In this document: in pieces, positions 14,454-43,034 of the stretch
How positions within the stretch are numbered: the first letter of the stretch is position 1
Layout of the letters: each line of letters begins with the position of its first letter
Assembly (NCBI GenBank): GCA_012295275.1
Contig: CM022679.1
Span: forward strand, 4,340,001 to 4,404,000
Length of the DNA: 64,000 bases
Direction of reading: 5' to 3'
From: Chrysomallon squamiferum
Lineage: Eukaryota; Animalia; Mollusca
Translations under genes and position numbers: made by a program
The notes under the pieces: model-generated
The model's input: the letters and a program-made list of their open reading frames with translations, nothing else
Database searches by the model: none
What the model was told of the DNA's origin: nothing

Positions 14454-15505
14454 TACTACTACTGTTATTACTACTACTACTACAACTACTACTATCACTG
14501 TTATTATTACGATAACAATATTACACGTAACTCAAGCTCAAGTTGACCTTAATACAGTGGAAACTGCTTAAACTAAATGAAACTTTAATGAAATTTAATT
14601 AGACCTAGACGTCTCCAGCTAACACGGAGAGGTATCACACTTAAATATTTGGACATCAATGAAGTTTGTTTTATTATTAAAGATCCGAGGTGCGACATGA
14701 ACTAAGAACGTGATACTAGTCATGAAGTATACATGTTAAATACCTTTAGGACTAATCAGTTTGGGTGTGTCGTATGTGTTCGTACTGGCGTGTGCGTGCA
14801 GTACGTGTGCGTGTGAAAGCAGAATTGGTCAGATAAGCATTCAAAAATAATGTTTAACATCACAGTTTAAAATGTTTTCAAAATTATGTTATTGGCGTGG
14901 AAACCCTTTTTGAACATTGCTAGGCCTGCTGTAGACTGTTAATTTATTATTAATTATCATTCCAGTAGGTAGCTGAATATTGTTATTTTGGAACTGAAGC
15001 CAGCATTATCAGTTATAACAATACGAATAATAACAATAATAGTAATAATAGCAGTAATAATAACAGTAAGAAGAAGAAAAGAAGAAAAAAAAAAAAAGGA
15101 AAAAGAAAAAGAAAAACAAGAACAAGAAAAAGAAGAAATTGAAAAAATCGCCATTCTACCATTTTACTTATTTCTAAATATGAAACTGACAGCTTACAAT
15201 ATAAAATTGAAATCTTTAAAACGTAGTAATGAGATTCATTATTTTAATTCTCTAACACTGAAAGAAAAAAAAAAAAAAAGAAAGAAAAGAAAAGAAAAGA
15301 TCAGAAAAAGAAACAAAAACTTCATAATTTGTATAAAATTTGATCGGCCACAATTGTGAAATATCATCGCAATGAGAAACATTGAAAAAAATAATAAAAA
15401 ACAGATTAATAACAAACTCTTTGTATATATCTGAATCCGCCGCTGACTTTTTACAGATAAAAGAGAATATTTATAAATCACTGTAATAAGACATATCAAC
15501 ATTAA

Positions 15506-15579
<74 letters not shown>

Positions 15580-16798
15580 TAATAATAATAACGATGATGA
15601 TGATGATGATGGCTGTACTAGCAAAAGTAATAATAACAGAAATAAAAATAATAACAAAAAAAACCACCCCAAAAACAGAACCACCACCCGGCATATATTT
15701 GTATCGGCCGCTGATTGTTAACAATAAAACGGTGAAATGCCTACATCGCTGTGATCACGTTCTGATTTCTTACAACGCGGCGATGTTGTCTTTGTGACTG
15801 ATGGTGGTTTATTACTCGCTTCTAAGACAGATTACAAAATAATAGCAAAATCGTTGACGAAACTGAGGAGCCGGCCCAGCACTAAGACATTACTTCGAGA
15901 CCGCAGTTAATTCAATCATAACTCAAACGTGGAAGTGTTTATCTTTCACACAACACGAGGCAAAACGTCATACGTGTTTTCCAATAACAGAAGTCAAAAA
16001 AAAAAGTTTGTATGAATACTGCTGTGCGTTAAGAATTAAATTTGTTTACCAAGAGAGAACAGAGAGAGTTTTCCAATAACAGAAGAAATTCTGATTTTGT
16101 GGTACATATTTATGAATGGTTGGCAATGATCGCAGTGATGGTTTCGTGTATGTATCGATGACTGCTGTTTAATTACACATATGTGTGTTTATGCATATTA
16201 CTATATTCGCCCTAAATAATAGTATATTTCTGCTGTTGTTGTAGTTGTCCTGGTTGGCGTTAAAGTTTTGACATTGCTGTCAGTAACAAGAGGTGAAGAG
16301 GTAGAAGAAGAAATGAATGAAATCACTCTGTCCATATATTCAATAAGCAAGTTTAAATTTAATCTTTGAAATATACAGAACTCCTATTAACACAGCTTAA
16401 AACAATCAAATACATGCAGTAATTTTATTAAAAGCAAGAGATTATTTTACAGATTAGAACCAAAGATTATTTCATATGCAGCATCCAGTAGAAAGAAAAG
16501 ACTATACGTGTGCGTTCACTAGCAAGTCAACGCCTGGAAGGAACGATAACCCAATTGGGGCGCCATGGTTGATGGAACACGTGACCCAAAGCGTTTCTAT
16601 CTAGCACTTTACATCTGATCCAACGCTCTGATCCCGACCTGCAGCTAAATTGTATTAATAAAACATAGCTTTAAGAAGCGGGACACGCAAAGGTCTGCGA
16701 AATGACCATCCCACCAGGATTAATTAAAGAAAAGTAGATCGTAAATCTGAGCGTTGTCTACACGGCAGTCGCAGAAGTGGAAACAATTAACGGGAGTT

Positions 16799-17295
16799 AA
16801 CTAGCATGTGTACATCCCATTGACTTCTCTTGTTAATCTTCACACTTGTCGATGCGTTCTAATTTCCAACTCACAAATCTATGACGCACAACTTGCCGTT
16901 CAGTTATTGCTTGACGTGTGTACAGGAATGAGAGATTTTCAACTAGCATGTGAACATCCCATTGGAATTTTTGTGGTTGACGATAATTCTCTCATTTTCA
17001 TCACAATTATGATGAACAAGTCGCGCATGCTGATATTAATCTACATTGTAATTTAGATATAAACTGTAGGGGTTCGATTAGCCAGTATACATCCCACTGT
17101 TTTTTTATTTTTGTTTTGTTTTTTTGAAAGTCACAGTTGAAGATACGCCCTAATTTTCAACGTACGAAGTGTTTCGGCCGATGTTAATGTTTGATGTTAT
17201 CCTGGGCGTAACCTTATAAAGTGTACAGTTCAAGATATAAATAAAAGACTTTAGACAAGCGTTTGTACATCTCTTTGACTTTCTTTGTCAATATC
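16799..17295. repeat. Degenerate tandem repeat, about 140-bp period, core AACTAGCATGTG.ACATCCCATTG
   Basis: Near-identical cores at 16799 and 16941 (period 142), weaker cores at about 17088 and 17265. Confidence 0.55.
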
Positions 17296-19271
17296 CTAAA
17301 TTTTACAAACGAGAAAACGAAACTGCGACTATCAAATGTTGCTGTTTATGCTTTATTTAATATGATAATATTCTTTAAAATGAACATAACAATCTAAGGT
17401 ATAGCCTAGCCTGTGTATTAAAGTCGACATTTGACTTTAGTGGATATATGTGCTATTCGTGGCAAATGAACATAATGTTACGAATATATTTCGTATAACT
17501 AATGCAAATATGACATAATAAAGCACTGATAAGTCTTACAAAAAGACATGAAATTATAATATTATTAATGTTACTTTAGATTTATATTTGCTGCTATTTC
17601 AAAATCAGCTTGCGAACTGCTGAAATCAACTTGTATGTTTCTGCTTAATTAGTTAATTATTTAAGTTTCTTGGACAACATAATAATGCACACAGGAATCT
17701 GTGACGTGTTGTATCATGTCTACGACAGATAAAAACACAAAAAACTCCACTTGTTTCTGCGTATTGGAAATCAACGCAGTAATCAGTGAAGTAAAATTTG
17801 CATGTGTAAATCCAGTTGAGTTTTATTGTTTAATTTGCGCCAGCCACGATACCTCTTGAAGATCCAAACCAATCTCAGACAGAAATCTTTCCCTGACGAG
17901 GACCAAAATCAAGATCTTGGAATCCTTTACCATCATTTATTTATCATTTTAGTTTATTTTTACCTTTTTCTCACACTTTGGTTAGCTTCTGTCACTCCCT
18001 CTTTTTTAAATAATGCAAGTTTTTCTTTGATTACTGTTGTTATTTTAATTTTTCATTTGATTTCTTTTCTGTGGTATATATGTGAGTGTTCTTTTATTCT
18101 CCCAGAATTTTCACATGTATAATGATGTTACTTTAATTTATACTGTTACCGTCAAAACTGAAGTTGATTCTTAAATCAACTGTCTAGAACGAACTTTTGT
18201 ATGACGTACAGCAAACCAAAAATGAAAAGTCGTGTACAGAAGTAAGAAAAGAATACAAAGAGAAAAATCTGAATGTTGAACTTTTATTAGATTACAACAT
18301 ATTTTGATATTATACATTTTATGTCATGTCCAGATTTTATATTTTATAGAATTTATTTAAAACATTTATCTTGCATAATTTAAAACAAATAAAAATACAA
18401 CAGTAATAAAAACAAAAACAAAAAATTAAATTAAATTAATTAAAATATAATAAAATAAAATAAAATAAAAATATTAGTGTAATGTTATTTTTATTATTGT
18501 TGTTGTTTTTTACCACATACTACTACATCTAAATTACCCTAATTTACATTACTTTTTAAAACAAAAAAACAACTGAACCCGTTTTTAACATATATATATA
18601 TCGCATAACTTAATTTTTATTTTTTTTAAAACACGCCAGTTTTAAAAAGAAAAAACAAACTGAACCCGTTTTTAACTTAAACACGCCAGCAACCACCTGA
18701 ACACCATCAGCCACGCCTCATTTCCCAGACGATAATCCGAAGTGAACGCGTGAAATAAACGACTCTTTAATAGTTCGGCCTGATAATGGTGTTACGCTGA
18801 AAGACGAGTTTCTGCCATCTGCTTCCATCTAAATGAACTGGCTTAGGTCCTTACGTTTTCTGTTTTTAAAACAGTATGATTGTGTCAGAAAATGAAATGC
18901 ATTAAAGGTGTTGAAATTAGTTTGTTTCTGATGGGTAGACCATCAAAACTGTACCGTTGGGCTAAAGCAATCAAGCAATATGGCGCTGTGGTTGAAAGGT
19001 TCACGTTAAACAACTGCAGGTAATTAAGAATGAAATTTCAATTTAAAAAAAAGAAAAAACGAGAAGAAAATGTTAGCTCCTTGACCAAGTATAAAATTAA
19101 TAAAACAGATTCTAAAGACTAATACTAATTGTCTGATCCACAAATCGCAACCAGTTTGTGTTATATACTATTAGATTCAAAAAAAAAATAAAAAAAAAAT
19201 TCTTCTAATTAAAATTTCCGTTTAAAAAGAATATATAATTGTTATAACATATCGAGTAATTCTTATACCTT

Positions 19272-19389
<118 letters not shown>

Positions 19390-21102
19390 CAAAAGTACAT
19401 ACATGTGTACGTGTGTATGTATGTGTATATGTGATGTGTGTCTCTGTTTACATACTGAAATTAAGAGGAACTGAAATTACATTCCCTAATCTCGTCTGTC
19501 ATGTGTATAGCCAATATATCACAACCCACAGTTAAAATTATCAGCAACTTCACTGTGGTTGCTATTTTTTTTACAGTTTAATGGGATAAATACAGGCCTA
19601 AATATAGCTTAATACTGACCGAAGTGCAAAGCAAAAAATATATTACAGTCTTTTTTTAAAATAGAGCGGCGAGTTATTTATTACTGTACGCTGGCGTTTG
19701 GCTTCATGCAGTGATGTGGTTTAAATTCTAATCATTTTCTGTGGCTTAAATGTGAAACAGTAAACACAAACTGCCTTTCATCCAGCCATGTTTTGCATTC
19801 GTAGTTAACAGCATTTAAATTTCTTGTATGTTTTAGTCATCTTTGATAAGCAGACCTTTGAATGTGTATTTTTAACGTGTCCTCTTCATCTGATTTTGCT
19901 TGATAGTCCAAGAAGGGCTAATGGATTTATTTCTCGTAATTGTCCCTCTGATGGCTGATGTTTGTAATAACAGATATTTTAATTTTAATACTGTTGAGAT
20001 TTCGCATATATGAATTTGCATAATGACAAATTAGAAGCGTACAGTTACGAATTAGCATCAGTAGAGGGTCAAAAAACGAACTTGATCCATTTTTTACTGA
20101 GGTTACTGATCGGAAACGAAAACAAATATATAATAATAATAATAATAATAATAACCTGAAAGGTGTTTCTAAATTTAATTTGTTTGGAAGAAAGACACGA
20201 AGAATAGATGAATGGTGAGAAATAAAACAAGGAGCGACGGACTGAATTGAAAAAAAATAATGAGACACATTAATGAATGAATGAAAAAGAGAAGAAAAAT
20301 GAACGAAAACCGAAAGAAAAGAAAACGAAGGTTTTTACAACTCTGTTTTGCAGATACATTGTGACATTAAAACAGTTTTAACAGCTGCAGTACGGCTACT
20401 AGACTCGATGCACACCGAATAACCCGAAAAACCAGCCTGGTTTCATCCCACACTGCGAACCAAACCTCTGGATGTCATTTATTATGCACAAGATGACGTC
20501 TGTCTCGAGCGAGATCCGAGCCGAGATCGGCTGTTTACGTACGTACATGCGCAGCGAACATAAACACCACGTGCTGGCCTCCCGTAGCGATTCTCCGCAA
20601 GTTTTACCTTTAACAAATATTGAGTAATCCGCTGATTAATAACATGCGAAAGGTTGGGGGAGCCATTAGATGATTAATTTGAAAAATTGATGTTATTAAA
20701 ATGTAATTACGACACCCCGCCAAGGCAGGAGTGCAGGGTTTGATCAAGTGGAACTCTTCAGCGGTTAAGGTAGTTTCGTCTGCTTCGGCCGTCGCTTCCA
20801 ATAGCTCATCTCGTTAGCAGAGCAAAATAAGTGATTACTTGACCAATTTATTTCAAATTACAACGGCTAATTCAATTGTAGATATGCATGTGTGCGCATG
20901 ACGAGCTGAAAGGAAGAAATTGTTTTGTACTATAATAGAAAGGGCGAAATCGCTTTAGTCATCGTTATTTCTCCACGCTGCTATTTATAGCTTTCTCAAA
21001 CAGTCATTGTAATGCAACAAATCCGAGTTCCTGCAGCTCTAGAAGTCAAAGGTGGTTTACAAACAACTTCCTTGGGCTTCTTTTTTTTCTTCTTTTTTGG
21101 AA

Positions 21103-21105
<3 letters not shown>

Positions 21106-21164
<59 letters not shown>
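21106..21164. repeat. (CT)n microsatellite
   Basis: Seen directly. Confidence 0.95.
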
Positions 21165-21168
<4 letters not shown>

Positions 21169-23677
21169 TTTGTGGTGTTTTTTTGGTTGTTGTTTTTTCT
21201 TAAATATTATGAAATTTGTTTCGTTTTCAGAGTCAATTATAATGCCATTTCATTTTGTAATCCTGGATCTTGCCCAGGTTTTCCATTAATGAAATTATAA
21301 ACAAAAGGAAAAAACGTCCGATATAAAAGATAACCGAATTTCGTTTTTGAAGAAGAAGAAAAAAAAATTATCTAAATAAAAAAATAAATAAAATAAAAAA
21401 TAAAAAACCTCTTTTAATGAAATCTTAAAACTGATGATAAAATTAGAAATAATAATTTTTTCCAGAATAATCAACCGCAGCTCAATCCAAACCAGATATC
21501 TGTAGAACTGCGACAAGCCATAAATTATACAGATTTCTGTAATTTTATTATGCACGAAATTCAACAAATTCTCAATTTCGAAAACAAACTGAATAATTAA
21601 GAGAATGTGTGGGGTTCTAAAGTCATTAAATAACCTGTTGGCATTCGTTTGCAAATTGTTAAGTGAACTCATTAGACTTTTGGCCTTGTCAAAATAAATC
21701 AACAGTTATATCCACTCTAAAATTTTTAGTATGTTTTCTTAATTCACCTCTTGCCAAGTAGAATCTGTGATCAACAGTCTGTTTGATTGTGTTTTCTCTT
21801 TTTTTCTTTTTTTTTTTTTTTTTTTTTTTGTTTGTTTTCCCTCTGAACCATGCTAACATTCAAAGAAGATTTGAACCAAAATTTATAAAAAATATAATTG
21901 AAAAATCTGAAATTTTAGGCCCTAAATTGTGTTTAAATATTAGTCAGGGAGAAGAGAGTGTATAGCTATCTTTACACCATTGGTATTATTTCTGGTAACT
22001 GAATTTGCAAAAGTAGAAATCATCCGAAGAGAAAACATTTGGAAATTCCAGTTGTTCGTTTCATTCTACAAAAAACTTTCAAATGATAATGAACTAATGT
22101 ATAAACAATTTACCCGCTTAATAGCCTTCGTTATTAAAAGTCTTTTAATTTTATTTTTTTATTTATTAATATAAAATAAAATAAAATAAAATAAAAAAAA
22201 ATAAAATAAGTCCTTGATAAATAAAATCAGGTAATATACAATTTCAATAGGCTACTATTATATACTGGTACTAACAAATGCTTTTGTGTGTTTGTGTGTC
22301 TTTGTAATGCATATGAGACAACATCACACACCATAAATTAGAACGGAGCTTCTTACTGAACGGGAAAATAATAATCGTAAGATCGCAATGTCAACGCGTC
22401 CATTTCAAGCATCGCTGATTTCTTACGACGTAGTAGAGAAACATCGTCTGAAATTAGCCGAAGTCAAGGGCTATTAAACATTGATGAGCCTTCTTCTTGC
22501 ACGGGCGACACGCTTGTTTGCATCGCGAGTAAAATCTGGCACGTGCTTCGCGTGACCGCGTGCTGTCGGTAACCAGCGCGCGCTAGGACCCCTCGCGTTC
22601 ACGGAGGCTTGAAAGCAACACCCGGCGAAAGAGGTTTCCTGCGAAGAACGGAATGAATAATTTACGTTGGTTAGACGTATTATTCTACTAATTTAATACA
22701 TGCAGTAAACAGTGCTATACCGACAGTCACGCATGCTTAAGCTTGCTTATTAACAATGCAACGCTTGTTCGTTTAATTAAGCTTTCCGACTTAATTGCAA
22801 TGCATGTTGTTGGGTTTTTTTTTTTTTTTTTTGGGACCGTTATAATCTTTACATGTTGGCCCACCCTAAATGAGTAAGTTTGAAACTAGTGGAAGAATAA
22901 TTAATATAGGTAAATTAATATCTTCATTATTTTTTTATTAAGTTAATTATTCCTTTGTTTGTTTTCTTTATTTATTTTCAACAATGGTTTTTGTTCTTGT
23001 TGTTGTTCGTGTTGTTATTATTGTTATCAAAACTGATATTTTAATGAATGTTTATTTATTTATTTACTTTTTCTTCTTTTTTTTAATGTTTTTTTTTTTT
23101 TTTTTTTTTTTTCTTGTAATTTTTTATCATTGTTATAGCTGGTTTCTTTGTTTGATTAATTGTCTGGAGATTCAGTTTCCTAGGATTATTAAAACTATCC
23201 AATTTAAAACTGATAAATTCGTATCTGATACAGTAACCAGGATACGTTATGTATCAAACTCGTACAACGAATCTGTCCGGTGTGTAATCTCTTTACGATC
23301 ATCGTATATCTGAGACATTTATGCCTATACCCAAGCATTTTCTTCTAAATCATAAAACAAAATTCGTAAATGTCATAATTTCTAGCGTAAACTTTTTTGT
23401 CACTTTTACCATACTTTTAAACTTTTCGGTATTTCAAGTTGACTTTTTCTCAACTGTTGGTTTTAATAAATTTAAATTAATTGTAATAATATAATAATAG
23501 TAACTTTTCTTTTTAAGCGTATCGGTTATTAGCACAAAAATAATGACATATTCCTTATTTTCAATAATTTCTATTTCAGAAAGAATAATATTATTTTACA
23601 AATCTGCCGGAAAATTAATAACTGATTTTTGTTAAAGTCGTACTATTATATTACTGTTTCATTATATTTGTTTAATT

Positions 23678-23708
<31 letters not shown>

Positions 23709-24409
23709 TTGTATTTTATGTATGCATTCCTTAAAACTGAATTACTATTTTAGACATAAACGAAAGACCTATTCAAGAAATGAGAATTACATCATAGAGT
23801 TATTTCCCTTTCTCTTTTCTATTGTTTTATTCTAAATCTATTTAGGACACTACAACCTTCAGTCATTTTTGTGTGGATTCGTATTCTATATTTAGCACAA
23901 TTATATAAGGAAAACTAACTCACACAGTCAACTTATAGAAAACGTGCCGGTCGAAGAAAGCGAATCTAGTTTAATACGCACGCCCCACGCCAGTCGCTAT
24001 AGCAACAGTTCCGACGGTTTTTTCAATTTACGTTTAAGGTGCTGAGTTTTAGTGCTAGCATCGTAGACTAGATCGTCTGTAGAGTTCATGCTTGGAACGC
24101 GTGCTTCTTTGCAAACCTCGACTATACTGTCATCAAGACATATCACGTTCCAACCCGTGTCTCGCGAATGAATTATCGAAGTGTAATGCTTTCCTGTCTG
24201 TGGGAACGTTGTATAAATGATCTCTCAGTTGCTTAATGAAAAGTTGTTGTGGCTGCGGTTTTCGTTTCTCGTTAGCTGTGCGAGTGTGTACGATCCTGTA
24301 TAACCACACATTTAAAACGTGTTTTGTTTCTTCTTGCCTTTACTTATTATCTTTGTTCTTGCATATCGATGATCACAGCGTTAACAGCGACTGTTGACTG
24401 TTTTAGTCC

Positions 24410-24535
24410 CATTTGGATGCGTTGTAGTTTGGGGTTAGACCTGGACAAGTCTGGTCACTTTAATCGCTAGCAGGATTAACTCTTCTGTATTTGGATATTG
24501 ACCTATTTCCCATTCCAGCCAGTTGTTAATCAAAG

Positions 24536-24585
<50 letters not shown>

Positions 24586-24690
24586 AATATCACTATATAT
24601 AATATTAACTATATACATACATTTTCCAAATTATGGGACGGTAATTAAAAAAGTACCTTACTTCTAACACATAACAGAAGCCGATGGAGA
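24410..24690 (+). mobile_element. Possible decayed tRNA-derived SINE remnant interrupted by (TA)n
   Basis: Blocks attgacctatttcccattccagccagt...atcaaag and tatgggacggt...aaaaagtaccttacttctaa resemble my recollection of the central domain of a gastropod SINE. Not verified against any repeat library. Confidence 0.25.
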
Positions 24691-25903
24691 GATGTAAGAA
24701 CTTCTGTTCGCAGTTACTGTTGTTTTAAACATTAGAAAAAGGTTATGTTATAGCTTCATAATAAATAACCATTCTTTCCTTCAGCCGTATATATCTGGAT
24801 TATAACGATATTTCTTTTTTCTTTCAGTATACTAATTAATCAACGCCTCGGTAGTGTTACCGTAAGAGTCATTTGTTATGCAATAATGAACCCGCATTGT
24901 ATGAACAGGAAATCTCAAAACGCCAGCTCTCCACGCCAGCAAAATTACTGTAGATTAGAAAACCAATTTGTATCTAGCGTGCTGGACAGATTATCAAAGG
25001 GCTGTTAATTTGGCAACAATATTTCTGCAATGAATGAAATTAAGACTGAACTAACTGAACTGAAGCGACGAGGCGATAAGGTTTACGCAGCATTTATGAG
25101 CTACGTTTAACAGTAAATCAAATAGATTTCGACATGAGGAAAACAATTATCCGGTTACATGAGCACGGTTTTATAACATCGCTATATATATGTAAAAGTA
25201 ATATATATATATATATGTATGTATGTATGTATGTACTCATATCTCCACTTACTCCGCTATTTTGGCGTATCTTTTGTCTGTGTGTGTGTGTGTCTGTGTG
25301 TCTGTGTGTGTGTGCGTGCGTGCTTTCGTGATTATTAGAGTTATTGCTCCTTTACTTTCAGTCGGTCATTCTCAACGTTTAACTGGTACGTAATGTCCTG
25401 TTCTCTAAACAACATTTAAGAGAGAATTTGCTTCCACTCGACAGAAAGATGTTATGGTTATTTCTTTGTTCACCACCGTTAAAAAACATTTTAACGCTAA
25501 AGAAAAAAAAAACAGCTGAAATTTTGTCGCTTTCGTTCGCTCTTCTCTAAATAAAATAATTACCAACAAATATAAATTTGTATCATTTTATTCTGTGATT
25601 AAAACAAAGCAAAAATATCAGTGTCTAAAAATCGTCACTTTTTCAAAGTGTAAAGTACCTGGTTTATCGTGTGTACTTTGTTTTTGACGAGTTATTTTTT
25701 TTTTAAAAAGGAAATAAATTCAAGTCGTTGCTTTTGAAGCTATCTCTAGTAAAATATAAAAAATTGAAATCGTGATAAAGTATCAAAGAAATAAAAGGTG
25801 TATGTGTGGTGGAGTTCATAAATAAAGTTGTTTGTTTACCTTCATACGATGAAGTGAATCAGTTTTAAGTACAGCATTAACTGTCCAGTTTTATATCTTT
25901 TTG

Positions 25904-25934
<31 letters not shown>

Positions 25935-26397
25935 TTATAATAATTATTATTATTATTAATTTTGATAACTTATTGTCAATTTTATTTATCTCTAAGACGA
26001 CATTTTTATTATCATTATTTATATTTATCTAAAATTCGTGTGCATTATTACTAAATAAAATAGTTTAGAAATGGACTCACTTTAAATGTTCTTAATTCTG
26101 TTCTCACCACCACACTTTGCTGTTTAATAAAATAAAATTGGCACAGAGTGGAACGGGAGAAACACGCGGTTATAAATTCTTAGAGTGACCGTTCCTGGAC
26201 TGACATATACATATCTCTTTTCATGTGACGTGAATAAGAAACATCTAAGGATTGAAAGATGATAACAGTTTTAAAATAACTAAACTGTACAACGGATGAA
26301 ATGATTGATGGAATGATTGCATATGTGAATAAATGACATTCCTTTTCGTAAATTATGACTCATGTTCATATCTGACCATCTGTGTCAATATATCTTA

Positions 26398-26455
<58 letters not shown>

Positions 26456-26680
26456 GCACAGTAACACACACAAGCACAGACGCAATATTCAATTTCCTTA
26501 TGAAAAATAATTACCATGTAAAACATGGAAAGGATCATAAAACAAAATGTATGTTTGTTTATGAAGGCCTATGTTTGTATGTATGCGTGTATGCATATAT
26601 GTATGTATGTGTGTGTGTGTATGTATGTATGTATGTATGTATGTATGTATATATGTATGTATGTGTGTGTGTATAAATAT

Positions 26681-26686
26681 TTTATT
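26681..26686 (-). other. Candidate polyadenylation signal (AATAAA) for the nAChR gene, implying a 3'UTR of about 0.85 kb
   Basis: tttatt on + is the first clear AATAAA I found downstream of the stop codon. In AT-rich DNA this is weak evidence. Confidence 0.3.
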
Positions 26687-27520
26687 AATGAATATAAAAA
26701 AGAAAAGTAAAATCCAGCAATTATGCAGCCTTATTTGTAAATATATACAATAATATTTTTACTATTATTCAAACATTTGTGATATGTATGTAACAGTCTA
26801 GCAGACTATGGTGTAATATAAATATGATAAAAACACAAAAAACAAAACAAAAGATTACTGTAATCAGGAAAACATCGTAAAGTTCGTTGTTTAACAAACA
26901 ATAATCTATACTAGATATATAAAGAAATGAACAAAATGAATTTAAAAAAGTATTTACAGTACAATTATTAATCTAAAAGTGAGTAATAAAACTGATTTTC
27001 ATCTTAGAATGGAAATATAGTATGGACACTTAAGTACACACAAAAATCCACACATAGAGATTGAGAACAGGGTGAATCAAGATCAGAGGGTGTGAGATAG
27101 ACTGAAAAATGCGGACAGACAAATAGACAGTGAGACAGCTGGACTGAGAGAGGATGACGGAAAGTATACGAGTTCAACAAAGATGGAAAGAAAAACACGA
27201 AGAAAGAGGAAAAAGGAAAAGAAAATGGCTGCATGAAAGCGAAAAGTGAGATGAATTTTTCTCATAACTGATATTCAGTAACTGTTAAAATATCACAATA
27301 ATTTTTTTTCTAACCAGACAACACGTAACATAACGAATGTAGACAAACGACGATATATACAAATAAAAATTGCATATGTAACCATGATCACAATAGTTCA
27401 TGTAGTAATCACTGTGCGAACAAAGAGAAATTCTAAAACTGATTTCACGCCGTCCCAGGAATGGTCTGTTTCCGTTATTTGCCTTCTGTTCCTTTTTGCT
27501 GTCTTCTGGGCAGTCAGTCG

Positions 27521-40568
<13,048 letters not shown>

Positions 40569-41995
40569 TCGACACCAAGATCCGAGCCGCTCTACTTCAG
40601 TCCCCCGAGTTCTGGAAGAAAAAAATCAAATGAATGAAAGAAAATGAAGAAATATTTATGTTGTCTGTAAAACAATTTGTTACATAAATGATTATAGATT
40701 ATAACAAAAATTCATACATTGTTGTTATAATAACAATAAGAATAATAATCATTATTATAATAATCAGAACAATAATAATAAGAAGAAGAAGAAGAAGAAA
40801 GTTAAGGTCATTTATATTTAGAGCTATCACACTGAACAATAACAGAAAGAACAAATTAACAGAATCACATCTGATGAAAGAAAGAAAGAGAGATGTCGAT
40901 ATAATGAAAGAGAGAGAGAAAGAAAGAACGAAGGAAATGACTGTAAGAAAAAAAAGGAGTAAAGAAAAACGAAGAACAATATAAGAAAATAACAAAGAAA
41001 TAAAGAAAGAGTGTTGACAAAAAAGATGAATTAATCAATAATTTAATCTAGGATTTATAATACAATGTTCATAAAAAAACATATTAATAAGCAAAAGTCT
41101 TGGCATGAACAGACGGCTGAATGGAAAACAGAATCTAAAGCGAAAAACGAAAAAAAAAAAGAGAAATTAAATCTTGTTGATTGAGTGAATAAATAAAATT
41201 AAAGAAAGATGAAAAATACAAAAGAAACAAGAAAAGGAAAGGAGGAAAGGAAGAAAATAAATAAATAATAAATAACCATTTGATGAGAACATTGACCTTC
41301 AAGAAAAAACAACAATAAAACGAAACAAAAAACAACAACAACAAAAAAATAACAACCAGAAAAATGTTACAAAGACAGAAAAAAAAAACTGTCACAGAAC
41401 GTATATGACCTAGTAAACGAAATTAAATTTGAAGCTGAAAGGAAGAAGAAAAGAAAGAATAAAGGACATACAGAAAAAACAAAGAATAAAAACAAAGGAA
41501 AGAAAAAAAGAAAAAAAGGAGAGAATGCGTAAATGAATGAATGAATATGGACATTTAATAAAAAAAATTAAAAGAAAGAAAGAGAGAAAGAATAAATAAA
41601 TTAATTAATTAATTAAAACAAGCTAGCATAACAAATATTATAACTAAACTAACAAATAAATCGAGAGAATTAAAATAGCAATACTATGTAATGCTATGCT
41701 TGTAAAAGCAAAACGTAGATGGAAACAGAAGTGTTAAGGTGAGCTGCTTCAACGTTAGAAAATCTGTCGAGTTTTGTCGCCGTCAGTTCACTGACATTTG
41801 TAGCTGATTCGATTATCTGAACGTGTTTATAACTTAAACGTTAGAATAATCTCGTTTAGAAATGTCATATTCAAATTCTGTTCATTTTACTGAAGCTCCC
41901 TGACCGCACCATTTAACCCAGATATGTGTTTATTTTCTTGTTTTTTTTTTGTTTTTTGTGTGTGTATGTGTGTGTATTTATATATATATATATAC

Positions 41996-42082
<87 letters not shown>

Positions 42083-42994
42083 AATATTATTTGCATTGAC
42101 CTAATGTTATTACGATTATGAAATCATTATAACAATCGTAAATAAATTTTAAAATATAAAAATAAAAATGCAAAACTGCAAGAGCATGAACGTAACGATA
42201 TACTCTAACCGTACAAATACAAGTGCTGGAACCAAAAGAACATTCATAATAGAGGTGAAAATGATCGCTATAAACATCAACAAAAAATAAAACCGGTGAA
42301 GAAATACAAACACACATATGGGCGGACCCACTGCTTTGGACAGTGGGGAAATTTCATTATGCGAGTACAAAACAAAACCATTTTCATTTAAGAAATAAAA
42401 AAATAAAATGATATGATAGACAAAAAATATAAAATAAAATAATAAAAAATAAATAAAAAGAGGCGTGTGAGATCAGTTCTTTGGCTCGCATATGCACAAT
42501 CAGAAACGCACAAGTAAGAAAACACGACAGATGAAATGGGTTAATATTCACGCACATTGTGTTAAACTGAGTCACAAAGAAACACTCATAAACCCTGCGT
42601 TTATACTGGGTCTTCGGGGACCATAACTCAACGATCTATCCTTTCTCTTTATTTTTTTTATTTTTTTTTTCACTCGTCTCTTTCCGAACGAGAAAACGCC
42701 AAAGGCTGAGAGGACTAGAATGCGCTTTTGAATATTTTATGTCTTCGAAAGTCGAGAGTGTGAAAGTCGCTGAATTACAGTGACATTACAAATCGAACGA
42801 TATTGACAGATATGTAAATTTTTCACTCAGTTTGGGGTCTGCATTTATATCGAATAGATCAATGAATTTATGGGTCACACAGGTATGAATAAGAAAAGAG
42901 GGTGTATGTTATTTTATAATGCTATAAAAGTCACTTATACAGAACTACACCACAAACTCATACCAACACACAAACACACACATACACAAACAAA

Positions 42995-43034
<40 letters not shown>

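Noticed and set aside
21295-21702. 135-aa minus-strand ORF
   Set aside because: AT-rich and low-complexity at its 3' end, with no recognisable motif or convincing splice context.
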